Assembly (NCBI GenBank): GCA_032718475.1
Contig: JAUCBJ010001863.1
Location: forward strand, 1-64,000
Length of the DNA: 64,000 bases
Origin: Nemertoderma westbladi
Taxonomy: Eukaryota; Animalia; Xenacoelomorpha
Direction of reading: 5' to 3'
Part shown: piece after piece, positions 13,001-24,087 of the stretch
How positions within the stretch are numbered: the first letter of the stretch is position 1
Layout: each line of letters starts with the position of its first letter
Notes under the pieces: model-generated
Database searches by the model: none
The model's input: the letters and a program-made list of their open reading frames with translations, nothing else
What the model was told of the DNA's origin: nothing
Translations under genes and position numbers: made by a program

Positions 13001-13320
13001 TTTTCAGTTCTTGAAGGACTCTCTTTGTCCTATACATGTCCACAATAATGGGGTCAATGAGCTCCAAACACTCAGGAATTTTAAAGACCTCAGGGGTCAC
13101 GCCATCTATCCAACTACTGGCACGCTTGGTCTTGATGCTTCTAGCTGCGGTCTTGATTTCAGCAAAGGAGATGTCACCAATGGGGATATCTGTTAGCATG
13201 TACCGTAATCCGGCAATACCCTTTCATTGTTTAGAAGCTTCTAGCTTCTCAAAGTGGTCCTTCCAACCGTCCAACTGTCAACCTATATTCTTTATATTCT
13301 CCTCTATTCTTATCTTTTTT
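10034..13320 (-). mobile_element. RTE-clade LINE, 5'-truncated and frameshifted, interrupted by a solo LTR
   Basis: Broken RT ORFs at 12933-13199, 12118-12735 (GVLQ..TLAPFLF, LDFADD) and 11934-12227. C-terminal RLHFAGHCFRR near 11830-11860 and a (GTA)n tail at 10034-10055. Confidence 0.85.
10165..11718. mobile_element. Solo LTR (TGTT...AACA, 5-bp TSD gccag; BEL/Pao- or Gypsy-type) with internal ~97-bp tandem repeats
   Basis: gccag|TGTTGCCGTTATTC ... GAAATACCGCGAACA|gccag. Removing it restores the RTE sequence seen at 125-150. A second, inverted copy starts at 63445. Confidence 0.8.
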
Positions 13321-13394
13321 TGACAAGATTATTATGTCGTACTGATAATGTTTTTAGCAGTTTGGCAAACAATACATTTTTTTGAGTGTATAAA

Positions 13395-13640
13395 CCGGGC
13401 TTAAGGAAATATCTAACCCGCACTTGATGTGCTACAACTTCCCTTCTTTGTCGCAGACGTCCGTTGGATTTACTGGCGAAAGGAAAAGAGCTGATGCAAT
13501 CAATAAAGTATCATAAAGGCAATCAAAGGCGGCAAGTATCAAGACCTTTATAAAAACAATTATTAGTAACTACCTTAGTAGGCCTATAGATACCATTGTA
13601 TGTTAATTATCACATTAAATTACATTCTCATGATTATCGT
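13395..13640 (-). pseudogene. Third FReD 5' fragment: part of exon 1 plus upstream region, with ATG and TATA deleted
   Basis: Matches 8115-8210 (cttcccttctttgtcgcagacg...ggatttactggcgaaaggaaaagag) fused directly to sequence matching 8360-8495. Confidence 0.75.
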
Positions 13641-14582
13641 TCACAGACAAATACACCGCGTTATGGCAACTGTTGCGTTCGGCAAGAGTCGTGATTCGGC
13701 AATAAAGTTACGTTTCGGCAAAAAAGATGCATTTTATCAAAAAGTTGCAATTTGGAAAAAGTCACGATTCAGCAATACAATTTGCGTTTAGGCAAAATAT
13801 TTGCGTTTCGGCAAAAAAAAGACGCAATAAAAAGTCGCAATTTGGTAAAAAGTCGCGATTCATAAATAAAATTTGCGTTTCGGCAAAAAGTTGCGTTTCG
13901 GCAAAAAATTCGCGTTTCGACAAAAAGATGCGTTTCGACAAAAAAGTAGCATTGCGTAATTTTTTTTGTTTTTTTTTGGTGGGGGGGGGGGGGGGGGGGG
14001 TGGCCCCTCAATAACGACAACAATTGCAGGATATGATGTATAGTATAAATTACTACTGTATTACATTATAATGTATAATGAATCTTTAATCTACATAGTA
14101 GTGTACTGTTAAGTAACTGTATTATAGTTACTGTTACTGTAGTTACTGAATTATAGTTACTATTACTGTAGTTACTGTATTATAGTTACTGTTACTGTAG
14201 TTACTGCTACTTATTGTAGTTACTGTTTATCCATTATCAAATAGTCAGGATGTGTATTATTATTGTTCCCCATTGTTGCTCGTTGTGGGTCAAATTTTTA
14301 ATTTTTTTCAAATTTGGACCTAATTAGCATAATTTATTCAAAATAAATTAAATCACTAATAATTCTTCCTTAATATTACAGTATTATAATTTATTTTAAA
14401 TCTGGGGTACAAAACGTAGAAGAGTCGGAATATTCTAGAATTCGATGATATTATCCAATTGAACAAATGAAATGAATTAAAAATTATTATTCTCTAAAAA
14501 TTATTCTGAAATATACAATTGTTGTATGTATTTGTTATTGTTTTTACATAATGTATAAATAAATATATCTATCTATCTTTAA

Positions 14583-15439
14583 CCCTATTCCACCTGGGCT
14601 CTTTTTTCCGAGATTCCACCTGGGGTTGGGCATAATATGCCCAACAGTTTATTATACTCTAAAAAGTAATGATAATTTTATCAAAACTTTCCAAATTTTC
14701 GCAGGTTTATAGAAAAATATATAATGCACCTGTTCTGAGTTTTATATATTCATAATTTTAAATAATATATCCATATAAATTAATTATCATGAAGATAACC
14801 AATTATAGTAAAAAGATGAGATAATACTATACATACTCCTCCCTACACCACTGTCTGCCTAACTCTGCCAGACATCCCAAGTGAAAATTTTGCTTGCAGG
14901 GGTGCTGTTTGCTGTTATTGAATAGATTTATTCACCTCTGTTTATGTCTGCTGTATTACATTAGGAATATACTGGTTTCAATGGTGGTTGTTGTTTTATC
15001 CTATAGTAGACTTATTGCTTGCTTATCTGTCAGTTTAGTATTTTGTTATTAAAAAATAATGTGATTGATGTGTACTAATCCAAGCAGTAGACAATCTCGT
15101 GTTTGAATTTAACTTTACAACCCATCCAAGTGAATGTCCTGGACCGTAATTGGTTGTATTCTAGCTTGTTGACCAGGGGAACTATCCAACCAGGGATTAT
15201 CTTTTATACCAGTTAGGCTAATAAAGATATTATAATAAAAAAATGTGACTATGATATGAAAAACACACAATAGCACAAAAAGTATAAATGATGAAAAAAA
15301 TATTTTGTTACCATCAGAAAGCCAATTAAATTCTAGGAAAAGTCAATGAATTTCATAATAATACATAAAAATCATCATCATGAATTTCTAAAAATAAAAA
15401 GTGTTGGGCAGATTCTGCCCAACCCCAGGTGGAATAGGG
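14583..15439. mobile_element. Non-autonomous piggyBac element
   Basis: ttaa|CCCTATTCCACCTGGG ... CCCAGGTGGAATAGGG|ttaa, with asymmetric subterminal repeats (ttccacctggggttgggca). Confidence 0.85.
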
Positions 15440-16874
15440 TTAAATCTGGGGTACAAAACGTGTAGAAGAGTCGGTCTAATACAAAACATCCGTACAGACA
15501 AAATTGTGATAACTGGTTTCGTTTCATTTTAGTGGCGATTTTTCAAATTAGGGGCTTATAATTTTCAAAATTTGTCAAAACTCACCCAAATTTGGAACAT
15601 ATTTTGTTATAAAACAAGTTTAATTCAAAAATTTGAAACTTTCTTTGTAGTGTATCTGCAACACATCCCAAAGAACGTACAGTATGTGGAAAAAATGAGA
15701 ATATTTCAACCATCACCTGGGGATCCTCAGCATTTTTGGTGCTAAAAAAATGAAGCTGAGTAAATCGATCTAAAGTTTTCAAGAACAATTTAAGTGATAA
15801 GTTGGATTTAATCTTCCATAACTTTTGCTTTTACTAACTCGCACAGCATCTTTAATACAAATTTAAAGGCCCTGCAAGAATTTGTTGCCACAGTAATGTA
15901 AAATGTAAATAATAAATGTGAAATAAAACAGTTATGGCCCCCACTGCAAGAGGGACAGTGGCTGTCCTTTATTCCTCCATCCAGGGCCTAACACAATAAC
16001 AATAACTGAAATAGTGAAAAATTGAAGCTGAATTTGGGTAAAGCAATAGGGTCCCGGACCTAATGTATCGGTACATGCCGTATTTTACATTAATAGCACA
16101 GAAAGCAGCACGTAACGACATAGAGACTTCATTCAGAGAATTTATTGAAATAAATGTAGAAAAAAACACTTATAAAATACTGCAATTATAGCCTGTAAAT
16201 AAATAAATATTTTATTTAATTATATTTAAGAATCTGAAAGGCCTGGCACCGCACTATCTCATCGTAATTACTAATGCTCTCTCCCATACATGATGGATCG
16301 ATAAGAGGTGGAGTTTTAATATTACAGTATTATAATTTATTTTAAATCTGGGGTACAAAACGTGTAGAAGAGTCGGAATATTCTAGAATTCGATTATATT
16401 ATCCAATTGAACAAATGAAAAAAAATTAAAAATTATTATTCTCTAAAAATTATTCTGAAATATACAATTAAGTAAGAATTAAGTAAGCAGGACCAAACAG
16501 TAAATTTAATTTCTACAATTTCTTTCAAATAGCCCATACGGGATTTACTCAATCTGCTTATGTAGATTGGAATCATGTAATTTTTAGGTTTTCCCTGCTG
16601 ACTCTCGATGACCACTGACTGACAGGTGTTTTATAAGAATTGGACTTATCGATATCAATGAAGGAGATGTGAGACGGACAACCTAGTTTCGGGTCAAATA
16701 AACAAAAAAGATGGTGGGATTTACAATATTTTATTATATTAATTATTATTTAATCCGTTGTTTCTGTTGACTATTTATATCACATTAAATAATCTTTTTA
16801 GATCCATAAAGATATAACAGTCCGACGAAAGCTACATTATTGCCATAGTAAATCACATATCAGTATACAATAGT

Positions 16875-18772
16875 TTACCGCGAAATATTGAAAATCAACA
16901 TCACAAAAAAATAAAGAATAATTCCATTAGTTTCCGTAACAGTCCGGGTTGTTCCTGAGAATGCGAATGAATTACATTGGTCGCCCCGGCAACACGCCAA
17001 ACACTCGTATCCAATAGCGTTTCCGTTCTTGTCGAAGGTCTCATAGCAACGAGTGACGTCAACAGTTCCCTCGTGCTCAACGTAATGGTCAGTACAGATA
17101 CCGCCGCACTGTCTGTAGTAGACGACAGTCACCTCTCCGCTAGTGGCGTTCAGAGTTCCACGTTTACCGACCTGGGAATTATTAGTTATTCAATATTTAT
17201 TCACTATAAACATGCAGTTATTACATATATGGAATGCATAATGGTGTTTGTATGTATGTATCTATGTATGTACGTATATTTAATTATTACTAAACCTAAT
17301 GAACAGGTCCACTCAAATTATTAGCACAATTTAAAATGTGCCGGCTTGTCGATAAAATTGCGCCGCCACAACTCCCTATCACACATCATATTTGCAAGAT
17401 CATCCGCATCTTCAAGGAAAGTGTCCTTTAAGAGGCGTTTCAAGAAAGTCATTGGCTGTCTAGTCAACCATGCTTATTTTCTCCATGGGGATGCCAAAGC
17501 ACAAGATTATGCACTGGTTGATCTTCATGGCGAACGAAATGCCCTGTAAAGCGGAGGCGGCTATATAATATTTAACTTGGAATTTACATCGGCGAAAGCT
17601 CCAGTGATGCGGTGGCAGGATGCTTACCGCATTGTATGTTTATATTCTGGCGCTAAGAGTATTCTAGGTTCCATTTATATAAGCACCAACATAGGAGTTC
17701 TACAAGCTTCACCCAGTAGCTGTTTTTTATTCACCTTTTTGTATAAACCCGTTTATATGTACGAATGCTACGGCTTTGTACCCCAGATGGCTTTTTAGAT
17801 TCGCTGCACTCTCTAATTCTTATCGATGACTCTATAATTTTAGCAACCAGCCGTGACTGTTGTGTAGAAAAACTTGGTATATTATTAGATTTTTGTGCAT
17901 AGTCGGGAATGATTATAAACCATAAAAAAAACAAAATTTATGGTTATTGGTAAAGTCACTTCTGATGAGAAACACGATATAAATGTATTTAACAATTTGT
18001 ACAGGTGTGAAACTGAAAGTTTTTCGTGCCACATTGATATCTGCAATCTGTTATGTGTCTGATACGTAGATAGGCAACGCCGCTCCTACTATTGTAGTAC
18101 ATTATAATAATCTACTGTGCGCTGCTTTATGTGTGCGTAACAACACTTATAGAGATATTATTGTACATTGAATCTGGTTAACCGGGGAGCCTTGGCCAAT
18201 GTTTCTGACTAGCCAACGAAATGTTTTGTGTAAACTCAAGGCTAGGAGAAACTTGCACAGACCCGCAGTTTTCGCGATCGAGTTCGTTTGCGAAGGTGGA
18301 CCCCAATCGGTAGGGTCATCTAAGGCCATTTAAACTGACAAGATGACCCAACCCACAAGAAGCTGTCCGAACGTACTATTTAAATCCATTGGACCTCATG
18401 CAGGTCAATAATAACTAACTAACTTTATTCTAGACATCAGGCCGATTATTTCTGGGATATTAAACCGTCCGCAGTAACCCAGTCTGCCGCTTGGGGGTAT
18501 AAGTGATTAACGGATATCTGCTTATACTTTGCTTATAATTTTTCGTGTTGACACTTAATATAAGTTTATGACACGTGTTGCACGAAGTCCCTACTTCGTG
18601 TAATGGAAGGTACAAGTAAGGTAAATTAGGTTCATATTATAAGTAATTCACTGACCCAACATCCCTGAAAGTTAGTATCAGCAGTACAACGTTCCAAATC
18701 GATCCCAGAAGAGGAGCAGGAATTCTCGATTGAATTACCTTCTTCTTCGCATACGTAGCAGTATTGTACAAA
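16875..18772 (-). CDS. Ly6/uPAR three-finger GPI-anchored protein (Quiver/Sleepless-like), copy B; exons 18772-18656 and 17171-16875; signal-peptide exon unresolved
   Basis: Phase-0 junction TGG|gtcagt ... aattcccag|GTC joins CYVC..C..C..CW to VGKRGTLNATSGEVTVVYYRQCGGIC...CCRGDQCN. The domain has 12 Cys, the CCxxDxCN hallmark and a hydrophobic GPI-signal-like tail (GIILYFFVMLIFNISR). The exon-2 acceptor is deleted in this copy. Confidence 0.8.
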
Positions 18773-20383
18773 CATATATTTACATTCTACAAAATATAAC
18801 CTGATTCTAATACTATGAAGCAAATAGGCCATGTACCGCAGTAGGCCCATACCGCAGTAGACTCATGTACCATGCACTTAGTCCCAGTTTTGTTTTACTT
18901 AGGCCATCAAGGTCTTCCATAATATTACAAACGATGACAGTCCGGAAAAACCTGCAATTTTCTTGAAAAGTTTCCGATTTTAATAATTTTTCGTTTATAA
19001 CTATAATAACTGAAAGAAACTAAAACTGAAATATAAATCATTCTGCCAGTTATCAAACGCAATTGAGAAATTCACATTTATTTACAAACAGAGCTGTACA
19101 GCGATGTTTAAATTAATTCGTGAGTATTACAGCAGGAGGCAAATTTATAATTAAATTTCAGTGTTCTAGAAAGCCATAAAATAATACATAAAAATAATAA
19201 TAATACTGCTTCAATTCTGAATTATACTATATAAAAAAGTTATTCCTTCATTATGGCCATCGGAAAATTCCTCGATAAATCATATATCCGGAATACTTCA
19301 TTCCTAATGATGGAAGTTCGACATAGTTTTCTTACTACCGGTACTGACCTGGGCGGGTTTCTAATTTTTCTAGTTATTTCGCTTTATCAAGCCGTTAAAA
19401 AGATCCTAGATGTGTCACTACCGAATTAGCCACGCAATTCTCGGTCGAATTTAAGCCCCGATTTAGATTTAGCTACAAAGCCGTCACCTAGCTGGACGTG
19501 CGCTAATTCGAGAACGCCTAACGGCATGTTCGGTCACCATGTTTTATACAGTTTATTTGCAGCGATTAACCGCTAGGTGTCGCTACGGTATTGCATCTAA
19601 ATAGAAAACGGGCTAAAAACGGTTTCGGAATCTGGAGATAAAGTTGATAGTTCCAATGAGATCTCGAGATTATATTCCAAAATCCAAATATGAGATGGAG
19701 GTGGTTAAGTAGTGGTAAACATTGTGTAGTAAAAAAAAGGGAAACATCCTGTCAGACCAGTAGTAAAAAAAATTGTATCTTTATGATCACACCAATTTCC
19801 TTAGTATTCGATTGAATTTGAAAAATATTGCGGGTTGATAAATATAAAGTTCATTTATTTTGTTGTTTAATGTTGTATTTAAGTACTGTATGTAGCCCTG
19901 CATTGTAAATAAAGTCTTGCATTTAGTGTCAAAAGTGAAAGAAAATGAACCCAAAACAGAAGAAAATTCATAAATAATGATAATATATAAATAGAACTTA
20001 AACTGTTACCTCTCCTGCAGCAGTATTGAAAACAAAATAAAAATAAAATTAATATTAATAAATACAAACTAAATCAATTAGAATATTAGATATAACAATA
20101 ATTGAATCTGAAGACTTCGGCTGCAATATTTCCCACACCCCCTAAACTTATAAATGGTTCTTCGTTACTTCGTTTTAGTATCACCGGATTGCTATAGACC
20201 AACTGTGGAAGAAAATAACTATATTTTACTAGTTATCAATAATTGATAATATTGATGACTATAAGATTGACTTTATTTTTTAAAGAATCCAAATAAAAAC
20301 CTATTGGTGAATTGTTACTGTACCAACTGTACTGATTAGTGTTAGTAACAATTTGAGACGATATATTTGGGCGACTCTGGATA

Positions 20384-23149
20384 ATGTCGCAGGGCTCCCA
20401 GCGTTGCTGCCAGTGTGTGGTCCGGGCGTGTGGCCAATCGAGTCGCTGTGGATGTGTTCGGAGGGGAACGGCCTGTACCAGCTGCACCGCGATGTCCACC
20501 GGCGGCTGTCTGAACCCGCATTCAAACTCAACAGCCACAATTTTGGCCAGCACAATGGTGACTGGTTTCCCAGATGGTGACTCCGACTCCGACACGGATT
20601 CCTCGTCGAGCGTGGTCACCCAGGTCCCTCATCCTCGCATGCCGGGGTTAGACTTGAGCCTGCCGTCTCTTCCTGACATCTCTCGGAGTTCATCATTGGG
20701 CGATGTTGGGTCTTCTCCTTCACCTATTGGTATTTCAACTAAAGAGCGATTGGAAACCGCTTTCGGTGGCCCTTGGCTGAACTCTCCAGGGTCTTCTGCA
20801 AATTCGGAATGGGAGACTCGCTTCTCTCGCCTTACCTGCTTACCTGGTCGCCTGTACACCGTGCCGGGCGGCAATGTAGGACGTAAGGTGGCTGATATTA
20901 TCGCCCAGGAGTTGGAGTTGCTGACTGAGGGGGTCTATCCCTCGGAACGGCCCCTCAGCTTTATCGCCACTGTTTTCCACCGGGATCCCGACGTTAAAAA
21001 GTCAGCGGATATTCGGCGCACTATATTGCGCAGGGTCGGTATGTGGCAACGGGAGGAGTATCAACAGCTGGTGGTGGAGGCTGAACGTTGCAGCTTAAAG
21101 TTCGCCAAATCCAGCAGTTTGCGCCAGGTTAACCCTACCCGAGCTTATAATAGGAAGATTCTGGCGGGACAGAACAGGGCGGCTGTCAGACTCGTTATGG
21201 ACAGGGACAGTGGTGGGATCATGGACCCCGATGCCCAGGCTGAGGGACGACTACCGGGAGTTACTGTTCGCGATGTCCTCGCCGAAAAACATCCCCCTCA
21301 GATGGATGTCTCTCTGGATGCATTTGAGTCCTGCGATGTGTTGCCTGCCTTCGAGGATGTTGACATCACAGGTCAAACCGTCCTCAAGGTTACCCGCGCG
21401 CTACGGGGTGGAGCCGGTCCAATCAGTGGCGATGCTGAATTGTGGAGCGCCCTCCTCACCCGCTATGAGGCGCACAGCTCCCGCCTCCGTGAGGCCGTCG
21501 CCGGGTTGGCTCGTCGCCTCGCCAACTCGGTGGTACCTTGGCACGAGATCCGCGCTCTCTGGGCCTGCCGCCTCGTAGCGGTGGATAAGGAACCCGGCAT
21601 CCGTCCTATCGGTATCGGCGAGGTTCTGTACCGTCTCCTCACGAATTGCCTCACGTCGGTCACCAAGACGGACTTCATAATGGAGTGTGGGGCGGACCAG
21701 CTCTGTGCGGGAGTTACGGCGGGCATCGAAGGTGCTGTCCACGCGATGTCTACATTGTACGATGAAGACTCCACCCAGTGCATGCTCCTCGTCGACGCCG
21801 CAAATGCGTTCAACAGCATTAGCCGCCCGGTAGCCTTGTGGAACGCGCGCATGTACTGGCACCGGTGTTCCCGGTTCTTGTACAATGCGTACAACGGACA
21901 CGCGGCCCTCTATCTCCAGGGATCCAGTAAGCCGCTGTGGAGCAGGGAGGGGTACACCCAGGGCGAGCCGGCAGCCATGCTTGGGTATGGCTGTGGGACC
22001 CTTCCCTTGATTCGGTCATTGCGGGATGTTCATCCTCGTCCGACACATCCCACTGACCCGCCGTCGACTTTACCCGCTGACCCACCGTCGACTCCACCCG
22101 CAGACTCACCGTCGACTCAACCCACCGAGTCCGACTCACTGTCGACTCCACCCGCTGACCCACCATCGACTCAACCCGCCAAGTCCGATCCACTGTCGAC
22201 TCCACCCGCTGACCCACCGTCAACACAACCCGCTGAGTCCGACCCACTGTTGACTCCACCCAATGTGCCTCCGTCGACTCAACCCGCCGAGTCCGACCCA
22301 ATGCCGACTCAACCAGCTGACGCGCCATCGACTCAACCCGCTGACTCGCAGTTGACTCTACCAGCCAATCCGTTGTCGACTCGACCCGCCGACTCGCCGT
22401 TGACTCTACCATCCAACTCACCATCGACACCAACCGCAGACCCCCCTTTGCCTCCACCCGGCACCTTGCCGTCGACTCCACCCGCTGATCCACCATTGAC
22501 TCAACCCGTGGACCCGCCGTTGATTGAACCTGGCAGCCCAACTGTCTCACAGAAGCAGTGTTGGTATGCCGATGATGCCTCCTCGGCAGGTTCACTCGAG
22601 GGGGTGATGGCTTGGTGGGAGGAGCTGCTTCGTGTCGGACCCCGAATCGGTTATAACCCGGAGCCCACCAAGTCCTACTTGGTGGTCAAACCCGAGGTTG
22701 CGGAGCGAGCACGGCAGATGTTTGGGGCCTCGGGGGTCCAGATTGTTCCCGGGCACCGATTCCTGGGGGGTTATGTGGGCGACTCACTGGGTTTGCGCGA
22801 GTTTATCGCCGAGAAGGTCTCCGGGTGGGTCTGGAGTATTGGTCGTCTCGCCGAGGTGGCCGAGGAGTTCCCCCAGACCGCCCACACTGGGTTGACCCGC
22901 TGTGTTCAGGCAGAGTGGGATTACCTGTTGCGGGTGGTGGACACAGAGGTGGAGGATGTGGCGCCCATCCGTTCGGCACTGTTGCGCCAGTTTATCCCGG
23001 CTCTGTTTGGTTTGCCTGGGTCTGTCGACGAGGAGTTGCTCCTCCTCCCAGTTCGACATGGCGGCATTGGGATCCGTGATCCGACGGTGCGCCGTGGCCC
23101 CCCCGTGAGGCGTCTCTCGCTGGAACGGTCAGGGTGGTTGACGCCATGA
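20384..23149 (+). CDS. CRE retrotransposon polyprotein, N-terminal part: Cys-rich CXC-like domain, reverse transcriptase with Pro/Thr/Ser-rich insertion, thumb
   Basis: Motifs GIRPIGIGEVLYRL, QLCAG..AGIEGAVH, LLVDAANAFNSISR, GYTQGEP, WYADD (YADD at 22565-22576), FLGG and LPVRHGGIGI. Confidence 0.9.
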   Translation: MSQGSQRCCQCVVRACGQSSRCGCVRRGTACTSCTAMSTGGCLNPHSNSTATILASTMVTGFPDGDSDSDTDSSSSVVTQVPHPRMPGLDLSLPSLPDISRSSSLGDVGSSPSPIGISTKERLETAFGGPWLNSPGSSANSEWETRFSRLTCLPGRLYTVPGGNVGRKVADIIAQELELLTEGVYPSERPLSFIATVFHRDPDVKKSADIRRTILRRVGMWQREEYQQLVVEAERCSLKFAKSSSLRQVNPTRAYNRKILAGQNRAAVRLVMDRDSGGIMDPDAQAEGRLPGVTVRDVLAEKHPPQMDVSLDAFESCDVLPAFEDVDITGQTVLKVTRALRGGAGPISGDAELWSALLTRYEAHSSRLREAVAGLARRLANSVVPWHEIRALWACRLVAVDKEPGIRPIGIGEVLYRLLTNCLTSVTKTDFIMECGADQLCAGVTAGIEGAVHAMSTLYDEDSTQCMLLVDAANAFNSISRPVALWNARMYWHRCSRFLYNAYNGHAALYLQGSSKPLWSREGYTQGEPAAMLGYGCGTLPLIRSLRDVHPRPTHPTDPPSTLPADPPSTPPADSPSTQPTESDSLSTPPADPPSTQPAKSDPLSTPPADPPSTQPAESDPLLTPPNVPPSTQPAESDPMPTQPADAPSTQPADSQLTLPANPLSTRPADSPLTLPSNSPSTPTADPPLPPPGTLPSTPPADPPLTQPVDPPLIEPGSPTVSQKQCWYADDASSAGSLEGVMAWWEELLRVGPRIGYNPEPTKSYLVVKPEVAERARQMFGASGVQIVPGHRFLGGYVGDSLGLREFIAEKVSGWVWSIGRLAEVAEEFPQTAHTGLTRCVQAEWDYLLRVVDTEVEDVAPIRSALLRQFIPALFGLPGSVDEELLLLPVRHGGIGIRDPTVRRGPPVRRLSLERSGWLTP
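22034..22542 (+). repeat. Coding minisatellite (24-nt units with longer variants) inside the RT domain
   Basis: Recurrent ccgtcgactc(c/a)acccgc(t/c)gac units encoding STPPADPP/STQPAESDP. Confidence 0.9.
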
Positions 23150-24087
23150 CTACGGGTCGCCCCCTCCATGTTGCGGACCACGCAGCCTGTCTCGCCTCCA
23201 CCCTCGCCGAGAGCCGGATCACTCAGGATGCGGCCTACAAGGTGATACAGATGAACGCACTCCAAGCCATTCCCTCGGAACGACGACGCACCGTCGAACG
23301 TACGATGTCCCACAAGACTGGGGGATGGTTGACGGCGCAGCCCTCTGTGGTCGACCACACTGACCTCGACCCAGAGGTGTTCCGGGACAACCTCGCCTTG
23401 AGGTATGGACGGACGCCGCCGGGCCTCCCGGCAAAGTGCGAGGGGTGTGGGGAGTCGTTCTCGACATCCCACGCCCTTAATTGCAAGTCGGGGGGCCTGA
23501 TCATAAAGCGGCACAACGAGGTGAGGGAGGTGTTCGGGGACCTCATAGCGTCTGCGTTCGGGGGCTCATGCGTCCAGCGGGAGGTTACGTTGGCGTCCGG
23601 CTACCTGGACAGACAGGGCCGTGAGGTGGGTGGAGTTAGGGCGGATCTCCTGGCGAGGGGAGTCTGGGCCGAACAGAGGGTGGCGTCTTTCGACATTGCG
23701 ATTGTTAACGCCGACGCCCCCTCATACGTTAATCGGTCCCTGGACTCCGTACTCGAGCAGCGAGTTCGTTCCAAGATGGTCCACTACAGCGGGGTGTGCG
23801 AAAATCGTCGGATCTCCTTCACCCCCCTAGTCGGAACCACCGACGGGGTGTGGTGCAAGGAGGCCGATATTCTGATCCGCCACCTCGCTGAGACCCTCGT
23901 GGCCCGGCAGCGGGGGATGCGCGAGCGAGGCCTCGCTTGTGTGTTAGGGGGAGTGCGGAGGCGCTTACAGTTCGCGCTTCTGCGCTCGAGCTCCCTGTGC
24001 CTGCGTGGTGGTAGGCGGCCATGGAGGGCGCTCGGATTTGGGGACGGTGCCGGTCTGCGGGGGTCTGACCTTCCTGATCGGTACTGA
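23134..24087 (+). CDS. CRE retrotransposon polyprotein, C-terminal part (frameshifted continuation): CCHC zinc knuckle + restriction-like endonuclease
   Basis: CEGC...HALNC..GG...RHN, RADL, FDIAIVNADAPSY, K...Y and FTPLV..TDG. This frame is -1 relative to the upstream ORF. Confidence 0.88.
   Translation: MVDAMTTGRPLHVADHAACLASTLAESRITQDAAYKVIQMNALQAIPSERRRTVERTMSHKTGGWLTAQPSVVDHTDLDPEVFRDNLALRYGRTPPGLPAKCEGCGESFSTSHALNCKSGGLIIKRHNEVREVFGDLIASAFGGSCVQREVTLASGYLDRQGREVGGVRADLLARGVWAEQRVASFDIAIVNADAPSYVNRSLDSVLEQRVRSKMVHYSGVCENRRISFTPLVGTTDGVWCKEADILIRHLAETLVARQRGMRERGLACVLGGVRRRLQFALLRSSSLCLRGGRRPWRALGFGDGAGLRGSDLPDRY

Larger units (their letters stand above)
1..14260. repeat. Tandem segmental duplication, copy A (Ly6 + FReD cassette); left end lies outside the window
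   Basis: 1-5447 is near-identical to 17285-26276 (ORF 62..265 matches 17346..17549, offset 17284). Further collinear blocks: 5500-6690 with 44285-46600, 7200-8620 with 46910-49130, and 13670-14260 with 50060-50100 plus 53130-53392. Confidence 0.9.

Noticed and set aside
20105-20135. ctgaagacttcgg in the CRE 5' UTR as a hammerhead ribozyme
   Set aside because: No GAAA follows and no helices I or III are present. An HDV-like fold could not be recognised by eye.
22028-22552. RT insertion as a spliceosomal intron (ends in ctcacag)
   Set aside because: There is no good donor consensus and the frame is fully open. A sense-strand intron would be lost on retrotransposition.
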